64,000 bases of DNA from Candidatus Latescibacterota bacterium (lineage in GTDB: Bacteria; Latescibacterota; UBA2968). The stretch covers positions 3,744,001-3,808,000 of the forward strand of contig OZ242320.1 of assembly GCA_965208125.1 (NCBI GenBank). Reading direction: 5' to 3'. Under the pieces are notes generated by a model. That model searched no databases and had not been told where the DNA came from. It saw only the letters and a program-made list of their open reading frames with translations. This document shows positions 26,494 to 35,907 of the stretch, piece by piece; position 1 is the stretch's first letter, and each line of letters starts with the position of its first letter. The translations under genes and the position numbers were made by a program.

Positions 26494-26533
26494 GGGGTTC
26501 TTTGGGTGAAATTTTTGAAAGACCACCAATTGA

Positions 26534-27850
26534 TTAATAAACTTTGTCGTCTTTGTTTTTCTTTTTCAGAGTATTTTTAAATCGGCGTTCGGGGGATTGA
26601 GGAACGCGATCGATGAGTTTGTTGGGTTTGCCCATCTGTTTGACCAGATCGAAAGCGTCGTAGAGTTCGCCCACGGCGGTCATTGCGCGGTAGTGCAGGG
26701 TGTCGCCTGAGACGGTGATGATCTGGTAAAGCTGTGTGTTTTCCCCACCGCGCGTCACCCAGGGGTCTTTTCTAAGTTTGAGTTGTTTGGGACCGCTGAC
26801 CGATACGACGTACACAGTGCCTTTGGTCGTGTCGCGCACAGTTACGCCGCTGCCGATGTTGTGTCCCCTGGCATACGTGTGATTGTGACCTTGAAGTACC
26901 AGATCGACGGCGTATTTGTCAAAGATGGGTTTCCACGCTTCGCGCTGGTCTTTGTTGGCGCGGCCTCCCGCCGAAAAGATCGGGTGATGGAATGTGACAA
27001 AGGTCCATTTATTCGGGTTATCTTTGAGTACTTGTTCCAACCATGGGACCTGTTCTTTGTGGCGTTCATTGGAATTGAGTGAGATGATGCGCGCGCCCTG
27101 ATAGTCTATGTAATAAGTCGTTTCCACAAAGCCTTTGGGACCATTTTCGGGCAGAGTGAATTGTGGACGCCATAGGACAGATAGGCGACGTTTGCTCACA
27201 TCTTGATAGTTAGAGTATTCGTGATTCCCCGGTGAAGGAATGCCGGGGATTTTTGCATGGATCCAGTCACCAGATTCAAACCACTCATGCCAGTCGCTGT
27301 CCCTGTTGGCATTGTTGACGAGGTCGCCTGCGTGGATGATGAAATCGGCGTGGGGTGCGTCGAGCACCGCGGTTCGGATAGTGCGCGCCCAAAGAGCGAG
27401 CAAATTGTTTTGTGCATCGCCAAGGTAGATGAAGGTGAATTCATCCGGTTCGGCAGAGGCTGTGCGAAATTGATACCAGGAACTCCAGATGTCGCCGCTG
27501 CCAACGCGATAGGCATAGAGGGTGTTGGGTTTGAGGCCCTTAAATGTGACCGAGTGGAAATGGGCGGCAAGTCTGTTGCGTTTCCATTTTTCAGTGCGTG
27601 CTGTCTCGTTTCTGGCCCATGTGGTAAAATTGGCCGAGGCATTGGCTTCTGCGATCTGACCTTCGGCTTGTGTGATGCTCGTGTCGGTACGCCAGGTGAC
27701 CGATGCCGTGGTGGTAGGGTCTCCCGCCCATGTGAGTACAATGCGGTCGGGAATTTTTTTAGGTGCGCGATCTACGGCAGCGCGGTGATATTCGTTTGCA
27801 TAAGTCGGGACTGTGAACATGAGCGAAAAGATGAGACAGATCAGACGCAT
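26534..27850 (-). CDS. Secreted metallophosphoesterase (PAP-like), tandem copy B
   Basis: GDAQ, HAGDLV, GNHE, FHHP, GHNH; highly similar to copies A and C. Confidence 0.9.
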   Translation of the reverse strand: MRLICLIFSLMFTVPTYANEYHRAAVDRAPKKIPDRIVLTWAGDPTTTASVTWRTDTSITQAEGQIAEANASANFTTWARNETARTEKWKRNRLAAHFHSVTFKGLKPNTLYAYRVGSGDIWSSWYQFRTASAEPDEFTFIYLGDAQNNLLALWARTIRTAVLDAPHADFIIHAGDLVNNANRDSDWHEWFESGDWIHAKIPGIPSPGNHEYSNYQDVSKRRLSVLWRPQFTLPENGPKGFVETTYYIDYQGARIISLNSNERHKEQVPWLEQVLKDNPNKWTFVTFHHPIFSAGGRANKDQREAWKPIFDKYAVDLVLQGHNHTYARGHNIGSGVTVRDTTKGTVYVVSVSGPKQLKLRKDPWVTRGGENTQLYQIITVSGDTLHYRAMTAVGELYDAFDLVKQMGKPNKLIDRVPQSPERRFKNTLKKKNKDDKVY

Positions 27851-27883
27851 GGTGGTCTCCGGGTGAGAATTTTTATAAGACCA

Positions 27884-29197
27884 CTAATAAACTTTGTCGT
27901 CTTTGTCTTTCTTTTCAAGGGTATTTTCCCAACGGCGTTCGGGAGATTGAGGCGCGCGATCAATGAGTTTGTTGGGTTTGCCCATCTGTTTGACCAGATC
28001 AAAAGCGTCGTAGAGTTCACCCACTGCGGTCATTGCGCGGTAGCTCAGGGTGTCACCCGAGACAGTGATGACTTGATAAAGCTGTGTGTTTTCCGCACCG
28101 CGCGTCATCCAGCGGTCTTTTCTGAGTTTGTATTGTTTGGGACCGCTGACCGATACGACGTACACAGTGCCTTTGGTTGAGTCGCGCACGGTTACGCCGT
28201 TGCCAATGTTATTCCCTCTGGCATACGAGTGGTCGTGACCCTGGAGCACCAGATCGACGGCGTATTTGTCAAAGATGGGTTTCCACGCTTCGCGCAGGTC
28301 TTTATTGTCGCGACCTTCAGACGCCGAATAGACGGGATGATGGAATGTGACAAAGGTCCATTTATTCGGGTTATCTTTGAGTACTTGTTCCAACCAGGAT
28401 GCCTGTTCTTTGTGGCGTTCATTGGAATTGAGCGAGATGATGCGCGCACCCTGATAGTCTGTGTAATAGGTCGTTTCCGCAAAGCCCTCTGGCCCATTTT
28501 CTGGCAGGGTGAAATGCGGACGCCATAAAACAGATAGATGGCGTTTGTCTCCATTTTTATAGTATTCGTGATTCCCCGGCGTAGAAATGCTGGGGATTTT
28601 TGCATGGATCCAGTCGCCAGATTCAAACCATTCCTCCCATTCACTGTCCCTGTTGGCGCGATTGACGAGGTCGCCTGCGTGGATGATAAAATCGGCATGG
28701 GGCGCGTCGAGTACGGCGGTTCGGATGGTGCGTGCCCACAGAGCGAGCAAATTGTTTTGTGCATCGCCAAAGTAGATGAAGGTGAATTCATCCGGTTCGG
28801 CTGAGGCCGTGCGAAATTGATACCAGGAACTCCAGATATCGCCACTGCCCACGCGATAGGCATAGAGGGTATTGGGTTTGAGACCCTTGAATGTGACCGA
28901 ATGGAAATGTGCAGTATTTCCATTGTGTTCCCATTTTTCAGTGCGCGCGTTTTTGCTCCAGGACCATGTGGTAAAATTGGCCGAGGCATTGGCTTTTGCG
29001 ATCTGTCCTTCGGCTTGTGTGATGCTCGTATCGGTGCGCCAGGTAATCGATGCTGTGGTGGTGGGGTCTTCCGACCAGTTGAGTACAATGCGGTCGGGAA
29101 TTTTTGAGGGTATGGAATCTACGGCAGCACGGTAATGCTCGTTTGCATAAGCCGGGACTGTGAATAGGAGCAGAAGGATGAGACAAATCGGGCGCAT
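27884..29197 (-). CDS. Secreted metallophosphoesterase (PAP-like), tandem copy C
   Basis: GDAQ, HAGDLV, GNHE, FHHP, GHDH; start ATG 29197 after CAGGAG. Confidence 0.9.
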   Translation of the reverse strand: MRPICLILLLLFTVPAYANEHYRAAVDSIPSKIPDRIVLNWSEDPTTTASITWRTDTSITQAEGQIAKANASANFTTWSWSKNARTEKWEHNGNTAHFHSVTFKGLKPNTLYAYRVGSGDIWSSWYQFRTASAEPDEFTFIYFGDAQNNLLALWARTIRTAVLDAPHADFIIHAGDLVNRANRDSEWEEWFESGDWIHAKIPSISTPGNHEYYKNGDKRHLSVLWRPHFTLPENGPEGFAETTYYTDYQGARIISLNSNERHKEQASWLEQVLKDNPNKWTFVTFHHPVYSASEGRDNKDLREAWKPIFDKYAVDLVLQGHDHSYARGNNIGNGVTVRDSTKGTVYVVSVSGPKQYKLRKDRWMTRGAENTQLYQVITVSGDTLSYRAMTAVGELYDAFDLVKQMGKPNKLIDRAPQSPERRWENTLEKKDKDDKVY

Positions 29198-29288
29198 GGT
29201 GGTCTCCTGGTGAGAATGTGGGATTGATGTTTCTCTTACAAAGATATACAATGCGTGCCAAATTAAAAAGGCGAAACGCAACTTTTAT

Positions 29289-30038
29289 TCAATCAATTTC
29301 AAGAGAGATTTCGTTGTTGAGTTGTTCGCGTTCGGAGCGAGAATCGGTTGTGGCATAGTGGAGGATGAGCGCTTTGCGCCATGTGTTTGTGTGGTTTATT
29401 TCGCTGTGGTGCAGGGTGCAGCCGTGGTGAAATATGACAGATCCTGCTGGTACGGGACAGGCGACGGATTCGGGGAGTTCGATATTTCTCGTATCGGGTA
29501 TGTGATGTACGGGACGGTCTGGGTCATGGGTGATGTCGAAGATGCCGTGTCTGTGTGAGTTGGGTACATAACGCATACAGCCATTGGTATCTGTGGCCTC
29601 GTCTAAGGCAATCCAGGCGGTGACGAGACCATTGATGGGTTGTACGCGAAAATAGCTCTGGTCCTGATGCGCTGGTTTTGCCTGACCGCCCGGTGGTTTG
29701 AGCAGCATCTGATCGCGAAAAACGCGAATGCGCGGTCCGATCAGGCCGCGCACGAGTGCGAGTAATTTGGGATTTCTGGCAATGGGGTGATAGGTGGGGT
29801 CAAAGCGCACGACAAATGCGAGAACGCGCACACTGTGATTTTGCGCTTCTGGATTTGATTTGTCTGTTACGGTATTGCCTTCAAGGCCAATTGAGATGCC
29901 TTCGGGTGCGCGATCCGGGTCGGCTACAATCTCGTCGGTGCGCTGTATGACGTCGGCGAGTTCTTCTTTTTGAAAGAGGTTTTTTACGACGAGGTAGCCG
30001 TGGGTGTCGTAAAATGTTTTCATACTGGGTTCAAACAC
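29289..30038 (-). CDS. Phytanoyl-CoA dioxygenase (PhyH) family protein
   Basis: 'KPPGG...HQD..Y', 'TAWIALD.A...NGC..Y.P.SH', 'FHHG..LH.S..N'; GTG start after AAGGAG. Confidence 0.92.
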   Translation of the reverse strand: MFEPSMKTFYDTHGYLVVKNLFQKEELADVIQRTDEIVADPDRAPEGISIGLEGNTVTDKSNPEAQNHSVRVLAFVVRFDPTYHPIARNPKLLALVRGLIGPRIRVFRDQMLLKPPGGQAKPAHQDQSYFRVQPINGLVTAWIALDEATDTNGCMRYVPNSHRHGIFDITHDPDRPVHHIPDTRNIELPESVACPVPAGSVIFHHGCTLHHSEINHTNTWRKALILHYATTDSRSEREQLNNEISLEID

Positions 30039-30122
30039 GGTGTTCTCCTTTGACGCGGAAAATACAGGTTTAAACACAGTATGTCAAGCGTGTGAATTGG
30101 GGGCAGACTATCATCTCTGCTA

Positions 30123-32528
30123 TTACTCATACCGCAAGGCTTCCACCGGATTTGCTCGCGCAGCTTTGATGGCTTGATAACTGACGGTCAGAAGCGCGAT
30201 GAACAAGGCAATGAGACTGCTCAGGATAAATGTGCTGATGCTTAGATTGATGCGGTACGCGAAGCTCTGTAGCCATTGGTTCATTGCGTAGTATGCAATT
30301 GGCCAGGCGATGAGATTGGCGATGAGGACGAGTTTGAGAAAGTCTTTGGAGAGCAAGCACACAATGCCTGAGACAGAGGCGCCAAGGATTTTGCGAATGC
30401 CGATTTCTTTGGTGCGCTGTTGGGTGGTAAATGCAGCCAGACCGAAGAGGCCGAGGCAGGCGATGAGGATGGCGAGGCCGGAAAAAATTTGGAAGACCTG
30501 GGACATTTGTTGCTCCCGGTTGTAGAGCTTGGCGTAATCCTGATCTAAGAATGTGTAGCTGAACGGCTGATTTGGAGCGAGTTTTTTCCAGGTTTCTTCA
30601 ACCGCAGAAATGGCTTCTGCGACATTGCCGGGGTGGAGACGAATGGCAAGGTACATTGGCATTCGGCGCAGGTAGGGCAATACGAGCGGTTTGATTTCCT
30701 GTTTGAGTGAGCCGATGTGGAAATCGGATACCACACCGATGATTGTTCCTTCGAATTTGCCGAAGTTGTTTGTTTTGAGTTTTTTCCCGAGTGCGGTTTG
30801 CCACCCCAGTGCTTTGACAGCGGATTGGTTGACGAGAAATGCAGAGACATCTGTTGCATGTTCTGTGGGGGCAAAGTTACGGCCTTCTACAATTTCTATA
30901 TTCAGCGCCTCGACGTATTTTTCATCTACCAATGTGTACGTGAGGGATGTTTCTTCGTAATTTGCCGGTTGTTCGGGCATGAAGCGCACGGAATCAAAAG
31001 CTCGTCCTGGTACGCCCGTATTGAATGAGGCGGTAGCGACCTGTGGCAGTGTTTCGAATTGGTTTCTGAATGTCATGACGAATGTCATGGCTTGTCTGGG
31101 AGAGGTCAGATTACGCGGTATGGGTATCCCCTGGAGAATGAGGACGTGTTCTTTGTCAAATCCGAGGTGTTTATTTTGTGCAAAATGAATCTGGTCGCGG
31201 ACGACGAGTGTGCCGACCAGGAGGCTGATGGAAATGCAAAATTGTGCGATGACCAATCCATTGCGAAGATAGGCTTTGCCAGATGATATATATCCTTTGA
31301 GTGCCGTAACAGGCCAGAATGAGGAGAGGTAAAGTGCTGGATACATGCCGGCTGAGAGGCCGACGACGATGATAAGAAAAAATAATCCAATGAGCACATG
31401 GGGCGCGATCAGGCTACCCATTGTGAGATGTTTGTTGGCAAAGCTATTGAGCAGTGGCAGCCCCAATTCGCACAATCCAATTGCCAGAATACTTGAGAAG
31501 GCGACGCAGATGGTGGATTCGGAGAAGAATTGGCGAATGAGTTGCGAGCGGTGAGAGCCGAGGACTTTTCGAATGCCGACTTCTCGGGCGCGGGTTGATG
31601 AACGCGCTGTGGAGAGGTTGACGAAGTTAATGCAGGCGAGTAGCAGGACAAAAATTGCGATGAGTGAAAAGATATAGACATACATGATGTTGCTGTTTGC
31701 TGTGATTTCATATCTGAGGTTCGAATGTAAATGGATGTCTGTGAGGGGTTGAATGAGGTAGTTGGTGTAGTCGCCTGACTGAGAAGGTCTTTCGCTCAAG
31801 ATGTGTTCGCGAACATAAGTGGTAAATTTGGTTTGCAATTCGGAGGCAGATGCCCCGGTTTTTAACATGAGGTACGTATAAACAGTGGCCGATCCCCAGT
31901 CCGATTTTCTGCGCTCGATAATGGGGAGGGTTTTGAGGGGTGCGAGAAAGTCGAAGTGAAAGTGGGACTGGGGTGGGAATGCTTTGACCACGCCCGTGAC
32001 TTGAAGCGATTTGCCATCGTTGAGTTCAAGGGTTTGTCCCATTGGGTCGCGATTGGGAAAGTAACGCTGCGCACTTTGTTCTGTGAGGATGACGACGTTT
32101 GGGGCGTTGAGTGCTGTTGAGGGATCTCCCGCGATGAAGGGAACGGTAAAGACATCGAAAAAGCTGCTTTCTGCGTAGTAGAAATTTTTCTCGATGACGT
32201 AATTCGACTCTTGACGGATTGTTTGGCTTTCTCGTCTCAATCGCGTGCTGTGGATTACCTCCGGATATCGTTCTTTCAGTGTTTCAGATATGGGTACCGA
32301 TACATAGGGAATGGTCCATTCGTTGTCGCCGTATCGGGCGTTCCACAAAACGCGATAGATTTGATCGGCATTTTTGTGAAATCGATCGTAGCTCAGTTCG
32401 TCCTGTACAAAGAGCATGATCAACATGCAGCACCCAATACCCACGGCGAGTCCAGAGATGTTGACAAAAGAATAGACTTTGTGACGCAAGAGTGTGCGGA
32501 TGGCGACGGTGATGTGATTTTTGAACAT
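30123..32528 (-). CDS. ABC transporter permease, duplicated MacB/FtsX type
   Basis: 'NISGLAVG', 'ACINFVNLSTARS..RAREVGIRKVLG', 'RTKEIGIRKILGAS', 'ANPVEALRYE'; no ATPase adjacent. Confidence 0.93.
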   Translation of the reverse strand: MFKNHITVAIRTLLRHKVYSFVNISGLAVGIGCCMLIMLFVQDELSYDRFHKNADQIYRVLWNARYGDNEWTIPYVSVPISETLKERYPEVIHSTRLRRESQTIRQESNYVIEKNFYYAESSFFDVFTVPFIAGDPSTALNAPNVVILTEQSAQRYFPNRDPMGQTLELNDGKSLQVTGVVKAFPPQSHFHFDFLAPLKTLPIIERRKSDWGSATVYTYLMLKTGASASELQTKFTTYVREHILSERPSQSGDYTNYLIQPLTDIHLHSNLRYEITANSNIMYVYIFSLIAIFVLLLACINFVNLSTARSSTRAREVGIRKVLGSHRSQLIRQFFSESTICVAFSSILAIGLCELGLPLLNSFANKHLTMGSLIAPHVLIGLFFLIIVVGLSAGMYPALYLSSFWPVTALKGYISSGKAYLRNGLVIAQFCISISLLVGTLVVRDQIHFAQNKHLGFDKEHVLILQGIPIPRNLTSPRQAMTFVMTFRNQFETLPQVATASFNTGVPGRAFDSVRFMPEQPANYEETSLTYTLVDEKYVEALNIEIVEGRNFAPTEHATDVSAFLVNQSAVKALGWQTALGKKLKTNNFGKFEGTIIGVVSDFHIGSLKQEIKPLVLPYLRRMPMYLAIRLHPGNVAEAISAVEETWKKLAPNQPFSYTFLDQDYAKLYNREQQMSQVFQIFSGLAILIACLGLFGLAAFTTQQRTKEIGIRKILGASVSGIVCLLSKDFLKLVLIANLIAWPIAYYAMNQWLQSFAYRINLSISTFILSSLIALFIALLTVSYQAIKAARANPVEALRYE

Positions 32529-32583
32529 GGCTCCCCCTGTAGAAAAATAAGATAGGCTATCAAGCGTTATTTTATTGATTGAA

Positions 32584-32598
32584 GCAATAACCGTGCCA
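32584..32598 (-). promoter_or_regulatory. Sigma54 -24/-12 promoter for the permease
   Basis: Minus strand TGGCACGGTTATTGC matches consensus TGGCACG-N4-TTGC, about 55 bp upstream of ATG 32528. Confidence 0.8.
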
Positions 32599-32663
32599 AA
32601 AATTGTTTGTGTATATTTTTCAATAGGTTAAGTAAAAATAGGGATTTGGTAGCCACATACAAG

Positions 32664-32701
32664 TGTCCGATAATGATACAGTAGTGTCCGTTTTCGGACA
32701 C
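32664..32701. promoter_or_regulatory. Tandem candidate enhancer-binding-protein sites
   Basis: TGTCCGATAATGATACA and palindrome GTGTCCG-TTTT-CGGACAC about 65-100 bp upstream of the sigma54 site. Confidence 0.6.
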
Positions 32702-32833
32702 CTGGCACACAAATAATCTATGCCTTGAAACTGAACTATTCAGGAGGATAGTTCCAAATTAGTTCAACTATTTTGGAGCAAGTTCCAAAATGGTACACTA
32801 TTCTCGGGGTTTAAGAATCGGTTTGTCCAACCG

Positions 32834-34186
32834 TTAGATACGCGGTGGGCGCAGGCTACCTAATTGAAATCTGCGGGGATCACCGAGGCGTTTTCCCAGA
32901 GCCTCGGGTGTCCAGTTGGTGTGGGTGAGTGCCCAGTCGATTTCGCTGGCGAGTGGGCTGTCGAAGATGCCGGGATCGTCCGCGCCGATGACGAGGTTGA
33001 CATTTGATTCGAGGAATGTGTGGATGGGGTGATGGGCGGGATCGGGTACGCCGCCGATGCGGAGATTGGAAGTGGGACACGTTTCGATGACTGTGCCGAG
33101 TTGCGTGAGGTGGTTGAGAACAAATTGCTGGCGGTTGCGGATTTCTTTGAGACGTTGGGGAGTATAAGGGCGCTCGATTATTTCTTCGGGTGTTCGATTT
33201 TTCAGGGTTTGTTGTTCGGTTTGGAGTGCGCTGGCGTGCACTTCGATACCGAAAGCCGAAAGTTCAGAGGCGTGTGTGAGATCGTAGGCGATCTGGTCGA
33301 GGCGTTCGCTGACCCGTTCGTTTGCGTGTGCATTGGGTCTGCGCGCAATCGCGACTGCCGGGTCGAGGCCGAGCGCTGTGGCATGGCCCAATCGCCTGGC
33401 GCCCATTTCGGCAGCTTCGTGACACCAGCGTATCGCGCTTTCGAGCGATTTGTCAAAATAGCTTTCGCCCACATGATAGGTGATTTCGAGGGCGCGATCG
33501 GGGTGTTGTTGGTTGTTGTTGTGTACGCGTTGGAAGAGTTCGCGGTTGTCTTTTGGGGGATAACCTTCTTCGATATCGGCAAAGTCAATGCCGACGATGG
33601 TGGGTGTGAGTTCGGGGGTTTTATCTATGAGTTCTTGCACCCATTCGTAGTCTTGCTGTGCGGTCTGGCGGCGCAGGGTGACGATGTAGCGCGCGGTTGT
33701 GTTGTTTTGCGATGCGTTTGAGAGAATTTGGGCGTTTGTGCGGTGAAAGTCGATGAATCCCTCTCGCGTTTCCCCACCGCCGCTGCAACGGTATTCGATA
33801 AAGGTGATACCTTCTTTGCGATGCCGTTCATGTGCTTTGAAAAACGCCTTGATCAGGAGTTCCTGTCTTTTGGGCGGGTGTCTCAAAAGGCTGCTGATGA
33901 GGTTGAATTTGGCTTTAAACCGGCCAAAGTCGCCTCCGTCTTTTTCTGTGTAGATGTAGTGTTCCTTAAATTTGGCAAGTCCCGTGGTTGGATTGGATAG
34001 GGCATCGCGATAGAGTGCGATGGGATCCGGGCGAATACCATAAGCTTCTTCGTAGGCGTCGGTAAAGAGCGTCCAGTCAATGTCTTCGTAAAGGTCTTTG
34101 CCGAGTTCTATGAGGTCTTCGGCGGTCAAGCATCCGCCGGGATGGACATGGAGTTCGCAAGTTTTAGCTAAGTGGAGTGGGGACAT
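32834..34186 (-). CDS. Adenosine/AMP deaminase family amidohydrolase
   Basis: 'ELHVH.GG', 'YHVGES', 'RRLGHA', 'ETCPTSN', 'GADDPG.F'. Confidence 0.82.
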   Translation of the reverse strand: MSPLHLAKTCELHVHPGGCLTAEDLIELGKDLYEDIDWTLFTDAYEEAYGIRPDPIALYRDALSNPTTGLAKFKEHYIYTEKDGGDFGRFKAKFNLISSLLRHPPKRQELLIKAFFKAHERHRKEGITFIEYRCSGGGETREGFIDFHRTNAQILSNASQNNTTARYIVTLRRQTAQQDYEWVQELIDKTPELTPTIVGIDFADIEEGYPPKDNRELFQRVHNNNQQHPDRALEITYHVGESYFDKSLESAIRWCHEAAEMGARRLGHATALGLDPAVAIARRPNAHANERVSERLDQIAYDLTHASELSAFGIEVHASALQTEQQTLKNRTPEEIIERPYTPQRLKEIRNRQQFVLNHLTQLGTVIETCPTSNLRIGGVPDPAHHPIHTFLESNVNLVIGADDPGIFDSPLASEIDWALTHTNWTPEALGKRLGDPRRFQLGSLRPPRI

Positions 34187-34311
34187 GTAGCATTCCTTTG
34201 GATTCGCGCGTTTTGAGCCTGTTACATCTAAAAAAGTTAAGAGAATTTACAGGGTGAGACAAGTCCCTATTTACAGATCAAAAAATGTCTCAATTTGGGG
34301 CAATTCACCGC

Positions 34312-34340
34312 TTGACGCAGCTTGTTATTTATGATATTTT
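34312..34340 (+). promoter_or_regulatory. Sigma70-type promoter
   Basis: TTGACG-N17-TATTTT with TG extended -10; same hexamers as at 58542-58570. Confidence 0.55.
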
Positions 34341-34375
34341 ATGAAGTGAAATAATCGTGTAAAGTATTTGGTCGT

Positions 34376-34618
34376 TTGGAGGTTCAGGTGACTCTACAGT
34401 TGTTAATTTTTATCGCTGCAGTAATTTATTTGTGTTGGGTATCCGTTCGGTATTGGAAACGTCGCAATAGCAAAGATGGTCCGTTTATTGAAGTGGTTGA
34501 AAAGAAGCCCGTGAGTAAGCCGTATAGACAGAGACGGGTGCAAAAGAAAAAAGAGTCCGATGATGACCGCGAGTGGCGCAAGCGCGTGCAGGACGAAATT
34601 GAAGATATGACAAAATAA
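34376..34618 (+). CDS. Small single-pass membrane protein
   Basis: N-terminal hydrophobic helix then charged tail; flanked by promoter and terminator. Confidence 0.6.
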   Translation: MEVQVTLQLLIFIAAVIYLCWVSVRYWKRRNSKDGPFIEVVEKKPVSKPYRQRRVQKKKESDDDREWRKRVQDEIEDMTK

Positions 34619-34670
34619 AGGTCGGGGGTCTAAAGCCATTTGTTCACGAAAAGCGGGGTCTATTACAACA

Positions 34671-34701
34671 AAAAACCTCATCCATATTGGATGGGGTTTT
34701 T
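34671..34701 (+). terminator. Intrinsic terminator
   Basis: AAAAACCTCATCCA-TAT-TGGATGGGGTTTTT. Confidence 0.75.
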
Positions 34702-34778
34702 ATTTGTACTTGCACTTGAGCGATTTGCTTGCTACGTTACTCGTGAGTGAGCAAACCTTTTGAATTGGAATATTGGAT

Positions 34779-35906
34779 ATGCGCGAATATTTGATTATTG
34801 ATGGACATCTCGATATGGCGTTTAATGCACTGTTTTATCGCCGGGATCTCACGCAGTCTGTATATGTGTTGCGCGATCGCGAAGACAGTATGGTGGGGGG
34901 ATTATCGACGCATCCGGATTCGCTGGAGAAACGCCTGGGGCCACAGCCCAAACGGTTTACGCCAACTGTTTGTTTGCCCGAGATGCGAAAAGGGCGCGTG
35001 GGGATTATGCTTTCGACCATTATGTGTCGCGTGCAAAATCCACAGGATAATACGCACAATGCGGTGCGCACACAGGATGTGGCTTATGCGAGAGGCCAAT
35101 CTCATCTGGCGTATTATCGGGCGCTGGAACGGTGTGGCGAAATTCGGTTTATCAAGTCTGTTGCAGATCTCAATGCCTGTGTTGCTGACTGGGAGAACCC
35201 ATCGGATGATACGCCCGTGGGGCTTATTTTGTCGATGGAAAGTGCCGATCCGATTCTGGGGCCCGATCAGGTGGGCGAATGGTATGAAGCGGGACTGCGC
35301 TCTGTATCTTTGACTCATTTTGGCGCCAATACGTATGGGCACGGCACGGGTACGGTGGGCGGGCTATATCCACCGGCTTACGCGCTGATGGACGCGTTGT
35401 CTGAGACCGATATTGCGCTGGATCTGACGCATGCGGCGGATCTCACTTTCTGGCATATTCTCGATTATTGGAAGGGACCGGTGCATGCCAGCCATTGCAA
35501 TTGTCGCGCATTGGTGCCGGGGCAGCGGCATTTGTCGGACGATATGATCCGCGCGATTACTGACCGGGGCGGCGTAATCGGGATGGTTTTTGCCGAGCAG
35601 ATGCTGTCTCCGGCATGGAATTGGGACGATCAGAGTACGCATTATACCACGGCAACCCGACCGATGAAGGCAGTACTCGAACACATCGATCACATCTGCG
35701 AACTGACCGGCAGCACAGATTACGTGGCTTATGGCACGGATCTGGACGGTGGATTTGGGTTGGAGCTTTCGCCCACAGATTATCATACGGTTGACGATTT
35801 GCAGCGCTTTCTAAATCTCATGCGCGATCACGGCTATGGGGAAGACGACGTGAAGGGGTTTGCGCATGGGAATTTGGTTCGATTTTTTACCACGGCCTGG
35901 GGATGA
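34779..35906 (+). CDS. Membrane dipeptidase (peptidase M19) family protein
   Basis: 'IIDGHLD', 'MESADPI', 'LDLTH', 'ASH.N.RAL', 'GTDLDGG'. Confidence 0.9.
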   Translation: MREYLIIDGHLDMAFNALFYRRDLTQSVYVLRDREDSMVGGLSTHPDSLEKRLGPQPKRFTPTVCLPEMRKGRVGIMLSTIMCRVQNPQDNTHNAVRTQDVAYARGQSHLAYYRALERCGEIRFIKSVADLNACVADWENPSDDTPVGLILSMESADPILGPDQVGEWYEAGLRSVSLTHFGANTYGHGTGTVGGLYPPAYALMDALSETDIALDLTHAADLTFWHILDYWKGPVHASHCNCRALVPGQRHLSDDMIRAITDRGGVIGMVFAEQMLSPAWNWDDQSTHYTTATRPMKAVLEHIDHICELTGSTDYVAYGTDLDGGFGLELSPTDYHTVDDLQRFLNLMRDHGYGEDDVKGFAHGNLVRFFTTAWG

Positions 35907-35907
35907 C

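Noticed and set aside
25174-29197. Diversity-generating retroelement or shufflon behind the triplicated genes
   Set aside because: No reverse transcriptase or recombinase in the window; differences are not adenine-specific and each copy is a full gene
29244-29260. Sigma54 promoter upstream of phosphatase array (TGGCACG on minus strand)
   Set aside because: -24 box matches but the -12 position reads GTAT rather than TTGC
32733-32808. CRISPR array
   Set aside because: Only ~2.3 degenerate contiguous units, no unique spacers, no cas genes
32834-34186. RADAR anti-phage system (RdrB)
   Set aside because: No adjacent RdrA-like ATPase and the protein is much shorter than typical RdrB
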